Shown here piece by piece: positions 19,083-28,439 of a DNA stretch of 64,000 nucleotides. The stretch spans positions 1 through 64,000 of the forward strand of contig JBHHVU010000014.1 in NCBI GenBank assembly GCA_046754465.1. Direction: 5' to 3'. A program made the translations under genes and the position numbers. Origin of the DNA: Nitrospinaceae bacterium. GTDB taxonomy: Bacteria > Nitrospinota > Nitrospinia > Nitrospinales > VA-1. Each line of letters begins with the position of its first letter. The stretch's first letter is position 1. The notes under the pieces are model-generated. The model did not search any database and was not told where the DNA came from. It was given only the letters and a program-made list of their open reading frames with translations.

Positions 19083-21083
19083 CTAATTTGCTTTTAACAG
19101 TTCCTCGGCACGCGAAATATCCCCGAACTCCATCAACGCCGCGATGAAATCCGCGCGGACCCGTTTATCCCCCGGATTTTGGGAAATTAACTGTTCGAAG
19201 ACTTTTACGGCGTCTTTTTTTCTTCCCAACCGTTGCAGGCAACGGGCCTGGGCCATTCGCATGCCATAAGACTTTTGGCTGAAGGCTTCGATTTGTTGGA
19301 GCGCCCTGGAATAATTATCCTGGGCCACGGAATCCTTGTTCAGGGAATGGCTGGTTTCGGCGTAGTAGTAGTGGGTCTCCCAGTCGCCCTGGCCGAGGTT
19401 CAAATATCTTTCCAGGTACGTTTCCGCTTCTTCCCAGTGATTCTGATAATAGGAAATCAGCCCCATCGCCTTAACGGTCCTTGGGTCTTCCGGCCGAACC
19501 TTGAGGACCTTGCGGAAGGCGGCCTCCGCCACTGCGTATTGTTCCGTCGATTCAGCCAGTTTGCCCAAACCGTATAACCGGTCCGGGTCCGTCTCCGAAC
19601 GTAGACGCTTTTCCAGGGAAGCCGTCACATGCGCTTTGTCTTCCAAAAGTTCCAGGGCTTCCAGGTAGGCCGCAAACACCCTCGGGTTATCCAGGGAGGA
19701 AACCTTTTCCGTCACGTCCACCGCCTCTCGGACCGCTCCGGCGCTGATTAGATGCCTCATCCATTGCGCCAACTCCTCCCCCCTGGACGCCTTCGCCCGC
19801 GACACCAACCATTCCCGGCTTTGCCTGTCCGCGGCGGGCCCCCAAAGATACAATAGCTGGAGCACATCCGGATGTTCTGGGGAAGCATTGCGGGCCAAAT
19901 CCATGAATATTCTCTTTGCGTCCTTTTTCCGGTTTAATTCCAAAAACTGAAACGCGATATTGCGCTTATCCTCATCGGAGACGTTGGATTGCCGGGACCG
20001 CTCACGCCAGAACTGAGCCAATTCTTCGGTGCGTTCCAATTTCTTGAGAGTTTCTTCATATGCGGACACCCAATCACTCTCACCGGAATGAGCGAAATTT
20101 TTCAAATACGGCAAAGCCTCTTCTTTAAGGTTGAGGTCGAGCAAAGTGTATAAAAAATCTTTTTTCCTTTGTTCGGGAACACTCGATTGCCCCATCTTTT
20201 TCATTATTAAATTCCCTAATTCCTGGATATTCAGTTTATCCTTGGCTCGACCGGTCAGCTCCAATTTGGAATAAAGCGACATCAAATCAATCTGCTGGTC
20301 AAAGTTCAAGTTTTGAATGGACTCCGCTTTTTCCACCCAGTAAAGGGTGGATTCCCTATCGTTCAACTTTTCCATCAATTTGGCGGCCAACAAGGGCCGT
20401 GAAGATAAAAAGTCTCGTCCATATTTTTCCAGAATGCTGGCAATCGCATCGGGCCGATTTAAATCCAGGGCGGTTTCCAGGAAAGAAATCAACATCGCGG
20501 TTTGATCCAACCCTTCCACGGGACTCATTTCCCGCATGGCTTTAATCTCCACAATTATCTTTTCGGGATCGCTCAAAATCTTAAAGAAAGCGGGTGCCCG
20601 GGTACGAATCAAAAGGGTATCGTAACCGGTATTCATGGATTCGATCCAACTGTCTATTTCTTTCGCTAAAATTTCCAGATCCTGAAAATCGACGGCCTGG
20701 TCAAAACGGATCAAGAGGTCCCGCCCCTCCAGGGGAATATTACTTTCTGTATTCACCACGGCATTTTGTTCGTTGAGCCGAACGGGAAGCAGGGATTTCT
20801 TTTCCACCCAAGCGGTAAAGGAAATGGGGGCCTTCCACGCCAGAATAATTTTTAATCTGCTTTCATCCACCTGATATTGAACGTTGGCCTCGTTGGCGAA
20901 CAAACAAGGGGAATATCCCATCAATTGAAACCCAATCAAAAAACCAATGATCCAATTCGCTGGCTTGACAAGAACAAACCTTTTTTTGAGGACCCCCGTT
21001 TTCACTTGCATCGCGGGCCGGCTCAGAATTTTGACACCTTCAAAACCCATGGCAATACCTTTGGATTGGCCGATTCCCCGCAA
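19083..21083 (-). CDS. Exported TPR protein of the pel locus (TPR-2)
   Basis: Signal-like segment (YSPCLFA), N-terminal domain shared with 17133..18821, TPR helices. Start uncertain (21083, 21050 or 21011). Confidence 0.8.
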   Translation of the reverse strand: MRGIGQSKGIAMGFEGVKILSRPAMQVKTGVLKKRFVLVKPANWIIGFLIGFQLMGYSPCLFANEANVQYQVDESRLKIILAWKAPISFTAWVEKKSLLPVRLNEQNAVVNTESNIPLEGRDLLIRFDQAVDFQDLEILAKEIDSWIESMNTGYDTLLIRTRAPAFFKILSDPEKIIVEIKAMREMSPVEGLDQTAMLISFLETALDLNRPDAIASILEKYGRDFLSSRPLLAAKLMEKLNDRESTLYWVEKAESIQNLNFDQQIDLMSLYSKLELTGRAKDKLNIQELGNLIMKKMGQSSVPEQRKKDFLYTLLDLNLKEEALPYLKNFAHSGESDWVSAYEETLKKLERTEELAQFWRERSRQSNVSDEDKRNIAFQFLELNRKKDAKRIFMDLARNASPEHPDVLQLLYLWGPAADRQSREWLVSRAKASRGEELAQWMRHLISAGAVREAVDVTEKVSSLDNPRVFAAYLEALELLEDKAHVTASLEKRLRSETDPDRLYGLGKLAESTEQYAVAEAAFRKVLKVRPEDPRTVKAMGLISYYQNHWEEAETYLERYLNLGQGDWETHYYYAETSHSLNKDSVAQDNYSRALQQIEAFSQKSYGMRMAQARCLQRLGRKKDAVKVFEQLISQNPGDKRVRADFIAALMEFGDISRAEELLKAN
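19216..19804. repeat. Direct repeat copy 1 (589 bp)
   Basis: No mismatch seen against 21241..21829 by manual comparison; offset 2025 bp. Confidence 0.92.
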
Positions 21084-21125
21084 AGGGGTTTCCCTTCACG
21101 ACAATCAATTTTCTTAAAATTGAAT

Positions 21126-24100
21126 TCATGGTTTGGTTTTTTCGTTTTGCCCCGTATAGATCAGGCGGGGAAAATGATCTTGTCCCGTTTTTTTTTCAAA
21201 ATTGTCTTTTATCAGCCCATCAAAGGTGTTTGCGGCGTCCTTTTTTCTTCCCAACCGTTGCAGGCAACGGGCCTGGGCCATTCGCATGCCATAAGACTTT
21301 TGGCTGAAGGCTTCGATTTGTTGGAGCGCCCTGGAATAATTATCCTGGGCCACGGAATCCTTGTTCAGGGAATGGCTGGTTTCGGCGTAGTAGTAGTGGG
21401 TCTCCCAGTCGCCCTGGCCGAGGTTCAAATATCTTTCCAGGTACGTTTCCGCTTCTTCCCAGTGATTCTGATAATAGGAAATCAGCCCCATCGCCTTAAC
21501 GGTCCTTGGGTCTTCCGGCCGAACCTTGAGGACCTTGCGGAAGGCGGCCTCCGCCACTGCGTATTGTTCCGTCGATTCAGCCAGTTTGCCCAAACCGTAT
21601 AACCGGTCCGGGTCCGTCTCCGAACGTAGACGCTTTTCCAGGGAAGCCGTCACATGCGCTTTGTCTTCCAAAAGTTCCAGGGCTTCCAGGTAGGCCGCAA
21701 ACACCCTCGGGTTATCCAGGGAGGAAACCTTTTCCGTCACGTCCACCGCCTCTCGGACCGCTCCGGCGCTGATTAGATGCCTCATCCATTGCGCCAACTC
21801 CTCCCCCCTGGACGCCTTCGCCCGCGACATCAACCAATTAATATTTTCAGGTTCGGGACGGGGTCCCCAAAGAAAAATGAGTTGCTTCACATCCTGACTG
21901 ACGGGGGGAGCGGATTCGGCTAATTCCTGGAATATTTTTTGGGCTTCCTGCTTCCGTTGGATGTCCAAAAGGTGAAACGCGATATCCCGTTTCTCGGAGG
22001 GTGAGAGCTTTATTTGCTTCAATCGATGAAACCAAAAATTATCGAGATCGCTTTCCCTGCCAAGGATCATCAAGGATTTCTCATAAGAATATACCCACTC
22101 CCCCCCCTTGGTATTGACCAGTTTTAATTGGTAGGGCAGCGCCAATTCGTATTCTCTCAGGTTGAGCAAGGCATTCACCAAGGTCTCCATACGGGTGATG
22201 GATGTGCTTTCCGACCACAATTCCCTGAGTAGAATTTTTTGAAATCGCCTCGAAAACAATGGTGGTTCCCCCGGGTTGGAGGAATCTAATTTTGAATAGA
22301 GATCGGTCAAATCCAATATTTCCTCAATACTCAGTTCCGGTTGCCTGGCCGCCAAATGAATCCACCGCAGGGCTTGGGGTTTTTTGTCCAATTTTGCCAT
22401 CACCTTGGCCCCCAAAAGTGGTTTGGAGATTAGAAAATCCTTCCCAAATTTTCCCAGCAGAGTCTGGATCAATCTCAATTTATTTCGTTCCAGGCTCCAT
22501 TCCATTAAATCCACCAATGAATTTCTTGGGAATTGGTCCGGACCAACCACCAAAGCAATCCGGGAAGCGAGTGAATATTGTCTTCCCTCCATGGCAAGTT
22601 CAATGAGGAGGGAGATCAAGGTTTCGGGTAATTCGCCTTCATTAAAAAGTTTTTCCAAACGGGCAAGAGTCTCTTTTTTCGGACTGTATTTTATTTGCAA
22701 ATTGACGAATGAAACCAGGAGTTGCGGATTTTTTTCAACGGAGGACTCGAAGGCCAGCAGGAGTTGATAAGCCGCCAAATCTTGGCCCCTGGATTGAAAT
22801 ATTTGCACCATTCTTTTCATGCTCAAAGGATCAAAATCCCGGGAAAACCACTCCAAAACCCGGCCGCTGGCCACATCATGCTTTCCCATATCCAGAAGCA
22901 AGCTGACTTGCACTTCCTTTACTTCCCGGGAAAGCATTCCCGAATGTTTGATCTCCCCCTTCTCCAGAGTTTTTAGCGACTCGGCGTAATTCCCTTCCCG
23001 GGCCTGAAAATAGGCCAAATCCAAATAGTCCCTCCAGTGCCCGGGATATTCATGAATCAGCTTTTTCAAAACTTCAATTTGCTTGGCCGTTCGCCCATTA
23101 AGGACATACCAACTGTAAATTTCCCGCAGATTTTCCTCGGCCGGTTGCAGGCGGTCGATTTCCTCCAGGTTCAGAAAGTAGTCCTCCATCCTTAAATCAT
23201 CCTGGTAGTACTTTCCCAGAAGGCGGCGGATCCTCAAATCCTTCGGTTTTTCCCGGACGAATTGCCTCATGAGAGCAATGGCTCGGTCGATGTCTCCATA
23301 ATATAAAAAAGTTTTTATCGCCTGCTCCCTATAAAAAGCGATCAATGGTTCGGATAACCGGCCCGCCTTAAAAAGTCTTTCCATTCGAGCCACGGCTTCT
23401 CTTTCCTGTCCGTTTTCCATTTGAAGGTTGACGAATTGCACCAGGAGTTTCGGATTTTTTTCAACAGAGGTCTCGAAGGCCTTCATGAGAGGCAGGGCTT
23501 GAGACCCTTGCCCCCTGGATTGAAATATTTGCACCATTCGATTCAATGCCAAAGGATCAAATTTCCGGGAAAGCCATTTTTGAGCACGGGCCCGGGCGGG
23601 TTTGTATTTTCCCATATCCAGAAGCAAACTGACTTGCAGTTCTTTCATGTCCTCTGGCAGCGAGGCCGAATATTCGGCCTCCACCCTCTCCAGAGTTTTC
23701 ACCGATTTGGCGTAATCCCCCGCCTGGGCCTGGAAATAAGCCAAATCCATATAGTCCTCTAAATGGCCAGGGTACTTTTGGATCAACTTTATTAAAGCGT
23801 CCACTTTCTTGGCGGTTTGACCGGATTCTTCATACCATCGGCAAATTTCGCGAAGATTTTCCTCGGTCGTATGCAGGCGGTTGATTTCTTCCAGATTCAA
23901 ATAATAGCCCTCCGTCATCAAGGCATCCTTGTACAACTTCCCCAGCATCAGGCGAATCGATAAATCCTTCGGTTTTTGCCGGACAAATTGCTCCATGATT
24001 CTTACGGCTTTATCAATTTCGCCAAAATACACATAAAGTTTTACCAAGGGGATAACCACGGAAATGGAGAGCTTGTCTTGGGAAGATTGCTTTTCAAATT

Positions 24101-24230
24101 CAAACTTCGCCAGTTTATATTGGTGACCTTTCCAATACATCATGGCTAATTCCGATTGACTGGGAATCAAATAAAAGCTTAGAAGAATCCCGCCCAAGAT
24201 CAATCCCAGTACGAAAAGACGTTTCATCAC
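21126..24230 (-). CDS. Large TPR protein resembling the PelB N-terminal region, no barrel (TPR-1)
   Basis: N-terminal TM/signal followed by LIP; all-helical TPR pattern; overlaps the pelA stop; internal 242-aa tandem duplication. Confidence 0.82.
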   Translation of the reverse strand: MMKRLFVLGLILGGILLSFYLIPSQSELAMMYWKGHQYKLAKFEFEKQSSQDKLSISVVIPLVKLYVYFGEIDKAVRIMEQFVRQKPKDLSIRLMLGKLYKDALMTEGYYLNLEEINRLHTTEENLREICRWYEESGQTAKKVDALIKLIQKYPGHLEDYMDLAYFQAQAGDYAKSVKTLERVEAEYSASLPEDMKELQVSLLLDMGKYKPARARAQKWLSRKFDPLALNRMVQIFQSRGQGSQALPLMKAFETSVEKNPKLLVQFVNLQMENGQEREAVARMERLFKAGRLSEPLIAFYREQAIKTFLYYGDIDRAIALMRQFVREKPKDLRIRRLLGKYYQDDLRMEDYFLNLEEIDRLQPAEENLREIYSWYVLNGRTAKQIEVLKKLIHEYPGHWRDYLDLAYFQAREGNYAESLKTLEKGEIKHSGMLSREVKEVQVSLLLDMGKHDVASGRVLEWFSRDFDPLSMKRMVQIFQSRGQDLAAYQLLLAFESSVEKNPQLLVSFVNLQIKYSPKKETLARLEKLFNEGELPETLISLLIELAMEGRQYSLASRIALVVGPDQFPRNSLVDLMEWSLERNKLRLIQTLLGKFGKDFLISKPLLGAKVMAKLDKKPQALRWIHLAARQPELSIEEILDLTDLYSKLDSSNPGEPPLFSRRFQKILLRELWSESTSITRMETLVNALLNLREYELALPYQLKLVNTKGGEWVYSYEKSLMILGRESDLDNFWFHRLKQIKLSPSEKRDIAFHLLDIQRKQEAQKIFQELAESAPPVSQDVKQLIFLWGPRPEPENINWLMSRAKASRGEELAQWMRHLISAGAVREAVDVTEKVSSLDNPRVFAAYLEALELLEDKAHVTASLEKRLRSETDPDRLYGLGKLAESTEQYAVAEAAFRKVLKVRPEDPRTVKAMGLISYYQNHWEEAETYLERYLNLGQGDWETHYYYAETSHSLNKDSVAQDNYSRALQQIEAFSQKSYGMRMAQARCLQRLGRKKDAANTFDGLIKDNFEKKTGQDHFPRLIYTGQNEKTKP
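21241..21829. repeat. Direct repeat copy 2 (589 bp)
   Basis: Same sequence as 19216..19804; both encode SRAKASRGEEL...QRLGRK. Confidence 0.92.
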
Positions 24231-26506
24231 ATATCCCCCAGCCGGCTGAAGGTGACATTCACCGGGTCCAGGGCCCGGGAAGAAAAACTCACCTTGAGCA
24301 AACCATCCGTATCCGTGGTTTGCACCAGGGTCTCCCCCTCTCCCCGATCATCCAAAAGTTGAAATTGGTACTCCCCGGCCAGGGGCACCTTCCAGACCAT
24401 TTCCCCTTCACCAAAACCCTGCCCGGAAAAACTGACCTGATTGGGATCCGGAACCTTCACGTCCCAAATCCGCCAACGTCCTTGAACCAGGTAAGGCACG
24501 GGCGAAGCGGGGAACCGGCCTCCCTGAAAATGATCCCGCAAAACCAAAACGGGCGCGACTTCGGCTTCATCCAGGGAAACATAAAGGCTCCCCTGGTAAT
24601 GCCGTTGTCCAATCACTCCGCGCGATTTTTCAAAATCCACGGCCAGGGAATCGGCCCGGTCGAACCGAAGGGTCTGAAGGGAACCCCGATTTTCAATCCG
24701 CCATCTCCTGGGTCCCTCCTGAATGAAACGGGTTGAGAAAAATCCCTCGGCGATACTCGCATAGTGACTGGTGGTCACCGGAGCCAATTCCCGGGACCGC
24801 GCATAATTGAGATTGCCCAGGAGAGCATTCAAACTGGCCATTTTTTCACCGGAATACATGTGATAATAAATATTGATGGGTTTAATGCGCCTGGGAGATT
24901 CGGTGTTCACAAGGGTTTTGATCAAATGCTTGAATCCGAAATAGCGGTCTTCCCACAATTCGGTGTAAGTATTTTCGTTGCTGGCGGACGCGTAAATTTG
25001 CAGTTGGTGCGGCAATTGCGCCCCTACGGGAGAAACCCAGGTATAGGAAGGAAATTCGGGGTCCAGGCGGGGATCCCCCCCATTGATATTTTTGATTTTG
25101 ATCTTCCTTGTTTTTTCGATCGCCGCCTGGAACGGCGTGGTATCTCCCGACCATTGGAGGACCCGGACTTTTTTCCCCGGAGGCAACAGCTTATTGATAA
25201 ATTCCACCGATCCCGATATTTCTTTATCCAGATTAAAAGGAAAATCGGCATAGGCCCGGGGTTGTTCAAAATTTTCGGGAAGGCGGTCGAATTTGCTTTT
25301 CAATGACGGCGGGGACTTGGGTTTCTTCCCTTTCCCGGGTTTAAGAAAGGACGCATACCGTTTGGCAACGGCCAGGTGTTGTCCTTCTTCCCTTTTTACA
25401 AACTGCAACCATTCTTTTTTAGGATTGTAGTTTTCAAAATATTTCCAAAAAAAAGGATGACTGTAGGTGTGGCTGCCCGCCTCGACTTGTGGAAGAGCGA
25501 AAAATTGCCTGGCCAGGGCGAGGGTTTCCGGTGTTCCATACCAATCGGGATCCAAATCCGCCGCAATCGGGGCGACGGTTACCGGCAAATCCGGATAGGG
25601 CCGTATCGCTTCCTTCAAAATGACCTCGGAAGATAAGGATTTGCCCCGTTTGTATTTCTCAATCTCCGAACGATTTCGCCAGCCATCCCCATCGATATGA
25701 CTGTAATAAATCCGGCGGCCCGAGAGGGTGGCCGGGTCGGGCTTTGGCAGTCCTTCGGTCTCAAAGGCGAGACGGAAAAACTCAAACGGATTGATATACC
25801 ACTGCTGGGAGTCTCCGGACTCGAATAAAAAATAACCCGATTGGGCCAAGGCGCCGTGAGGGCCGATCACCACCAGATCGCTTTTTGACTGCGATTTTTT
25901 ACCCCAGCGCGCCTCGAGATAACAGGACACCTTCTTGTCGATCCGGGAAATCTTTTGAAAAGGGGCCAGGATGCCTGAATACGGGTGTTCAAATTCCACC
26001 ATCCGCGGGTCTTTATGACTCAGCCGAACATCGTAAGTAAACTGTTTCCAATTTCCATCAGTATACAGGCCCAACATCCTCAGGTATCGATTGACCATGA
26101 TCATCGGGGTTTCTTGTTTCTTTCCGTCCCGGTTGACACCCAGGTTACCCAGAATAACCCACCGGAGGCCATGGCCCACAACCTGCTCCGCCCATGCAAT
26201 AAACCGCCCGGGGGAAGGCATCTTGTCTGCCTCAAACCAGGTTAAGACGCCGCGAAATTTTTTCATTTCTTCCAGACGGGGCAACGCATCTTGGATATCA
26301 CGATACGTGACCACCAGACCCAAATAATTTAAAGGCATCTCCGCAAGCCGATGAATTTGAGTGGTTCGTATATCCGGGTTTTCCCGGCTGTCGTAAAAGG
26401 CAAGAATATTTCGTGGTACCAATTTTTCTTGGAAGGCTGCCCCAGAACTTGAAAAACATAAAAGAAGAAAAACAATCAAGGCTCCCTGTTTAAAAGAGAT
26501 GGGCAT
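24227..26506 (-). CDS. pelA: PelA-like deacetylase protein lacking the N-terminal glycoside hydrolase domain
   Basis: AGGAG precedes the ATG at 26506; signal peptide is followed directly by PRNILAFYD. PDPATLSGRRIYYSHIDGDG, SHTYSHPFFW, NENTYT and KPINIYYHMYS match the PelA deacetylase half. Confidence 0.85.
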   Translation of the reverse strand: MPISFKQGALIVFLLLCFSSSGAAFQEKLVPRNILAFYDSRENPDIRTTQIHRLAEMPLNYLGLVVTYRDIQDALPRLEEMKKFRGVLTWFEADKMPSPGRFIAWAEQVVGHGLRWVILGNLGVNRDGKKQETPMIMVNRYLRMLGLYTDGNWKQFTYDVRLSHKDPRMVEFEHPYSGILAPFQKISRIDKKVSCYLEARWGKKSQSKSDLVVIGPHGALAQSGYFLFESGDSQQWYINPFEFFRLAFETEGLPKPDPATLSGRRIYYSHIDGDGWRNRSEIEKYKRGKSLSSEVILKEAIRPYPDLPVTVAPIAADLDPDWYGTPETLALARQFFALPQVEAGSHTYSHPFFWKYFENYNPKKEWLQFVKREEGQHLAVAKRYASFLKPGKGKKPKSPPSLKSKFDRLPENFEQPRAYADFPFNLDKEISGSVEFINKLLPPGKKVRVLQWSGDTTPFQAAIEKTRKIKIKNINGGDPRLDPEFPSYTWVSPVGAQLPHQLQIYASASNENTYTELWEDRYFGFKHLIKTLVNTESPRRIKPINIYYHMYSGEKMASLNALLGNLNYARSRELAPVTTSHYASIAEGFFSTRFIQEGPRRWRIENRGSLQTLRFDRADSLAVDFEKSRGVIGQRHYQGSLYVSLDEAEVAPVLVLRDHFQGGRFPASPVPYLVQGRWRIWDVKVPDPNQVSFSGQGFGEGEMVWKVPLAGEYQFQLLDDRGEGETLVQTTDTDGLLKVSFSSRALDPVNVTFSRLGDM

Positions 26507-27658
26507 GGGAAGAACTCCTACTGAAGGACGGGGCTCAATCGATCTGTCATATGAAACGCGATGGAGGTTCAAATTAATAAATAACGGGCACCAAAACCCG
26601 CGATGGATCATTTCAATTTCTTCTTAATCTTTTGTTCCATTCCATGAAACCCGCCGCTGGATGCAAGGCGTCCAAAGAACAAAAGATGGTAACCAAAATT
26701 TATTTGGCGCTGGATGAAATACTATTTCATCGAAGTGCTGTTCATAAAAGAGAGAAAAAGACTTTTTCCACCCCATTTTTTTCATCTATTGATAGATATT
26801 TTCTATATCAACATCAGCCCCTTCCCTCATAAAAAGCCGTTTCATGTGCCATTTCTGGCTATCCAAATAGATCGCTCAAGGTAAAATTTATTTCCCGCGT
26901 TGCGCTCCGGTTGTATTTTTAATAATCCACTTCCAAACAAAAGATCGAATTTGGAATTTCAAACGATACCAACCCTGGAGAACCTCACGCGGTTTAAAAG
27001 TTATTGGATTGTTTCTCTAACCCAGACGTTTAGAGTTTTGGAAAAAATAAAAATCACCCACCCGGCGATACCCATCGTGATCGCGCATTATATTTACATG
27101 GACATTCCTTTTTTAAATGGGATTACATTTACTTGCCCGTCGATGATTCCTAACATATTTTAAACGAGATTTCAAGTATATGTTAAATTTTAATCCGTTT
27201 CTCATTTACTCTTTTATTTCCAATAATTGAACGATGGAACCTCTCGCCAAATTTGCCACTTGCATCTCTCCCCTCTGCATGGAAATCACATAATGCTTTT
27301 CCGAACAACATCCCATTCTCACGGCGGCATTAAAACTTTTGACTCATCTCGATGCCTCCCTGTTCATTTCATCCCCGACATGGGGATATTCCGGTACCAC
27401 CGCATAAAATGTGATTTTTTTTCAGGGAATATTTCCAATTCTTTTATTAAAACGATTGGTAATCCTATTTGGTTGACTGAGGGATCAATAAATTTTTCAT
27501 GGGATCCCTCCCCCTCCCTAAAGATCGGGGGTGGCGGAATTTCTCCGCACCCCCCTCTCTTCAGTTGAGACAACCCTTTGGAACGCAGAATCCTTTCCAT
27601 TCCTCCCGGTTCAAACCCATCGTTTCGCACTATCCACTAAACCATTCCGGACTGGGTT

Positions 27659-28189
27659 TTATTTATCCACCTTTCCGTGGAGGGCTTCCCAATGGCCCAC
27701 GGATTGCGGGATGGAAACGGTTCCGTCGGGGATGGGCGCCCCATGCGGCCAGAGATGAAAAATGATCCCATCCGTCTTGCCCACGTAATCGGCCAATTTC
27801 TTTTTCTCCGCGGGATCGACGGGAACATGGATGGCCACGCGGCCGGTTTCTATTTCCTCGGCATGGTCGTGCCAGTATTTATCATGGGACCACTTGGGGA
27901 TCACTTTCCGGGCCAGCTTTTTGGAAACCATATATTCCACTTCGGTCATCCGGGCATTGGGGTCGGTCGATTCAAACAAAATACATTGGATAATGTCATC
28001 GTTAATGGATTTGCAGTAATGATGGAACGGCCCCACGACCTCTCCATCCATGATGTGGGGAGCACTCACGTGAATGGTGTATCCGGACAATGGATTGGGA
28101 GGTGCTTCCCCGGCTTGGGCGTTGAATGAAAGGAATGCCAGTAGAAGCGAAAGGATTAAGCCGGACTGGATGGATTTTTTCGATTTCAT
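27659..28189 (-). CDS. Exported DUF1264 (OBAP-like) protein
   Basis: Signal peptide ending NAQA; HHYC, QCILF, EVEY and WHDH motifs; GGAG before the ATG at 28189. Confidence 0.75.
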   Translation of the reverse strand: MKSKKSIQSGLILSLLLAFLSFNAQAGEAPPNPLSGYTIHVSAPHIMDGEVVGPFHHYCKSINDDIIQCILFESTDPNARMTEVEYMVSKKLARKVIPKWSHDKYWHDHAEEIETGRVAIHVPVDPAEKKKLADYVGKTDGIIFHLWPHGAPIPDGTVSIPQSVGHWEALHGKVDK

Positions 28190-28439
28190 TGGGGTTCTCC
28201 TGGATTTAATTTGAATTTTTTGAATGGAATGCTTATCTGGAAAATCTAATATTGAATACGTAGAGAGAACCACGGGTTCTCTTTATTGTCGTTATGTGCA
28301 TTCTATAAAAACCAGGAGCCGGATAAAATCACCGTCACTACTAAATTCATGAAACCAAACTTCAATTTAATTTGTGGTATTTCTACTACAAGGAGGGAGG
28401 GTGCTAAAGGAATCAGAAAAGGGAATGGCAGGGAGACCG

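Noticed and set aside
19216..21829. Template/variable repeat pair of a diversity-generating retroelement
   Set aside because: No adenine-specific mismatches, both copies are coding, and there is no reverse transcriptase in the window.
26632..27650. Short ORFs and a GGTTCAAACCC T-loop-like motif in the gap upstream of pelA
   Set aside because: No convincing RBS or motifs for the ORFs and no cloverleaf around the motif.
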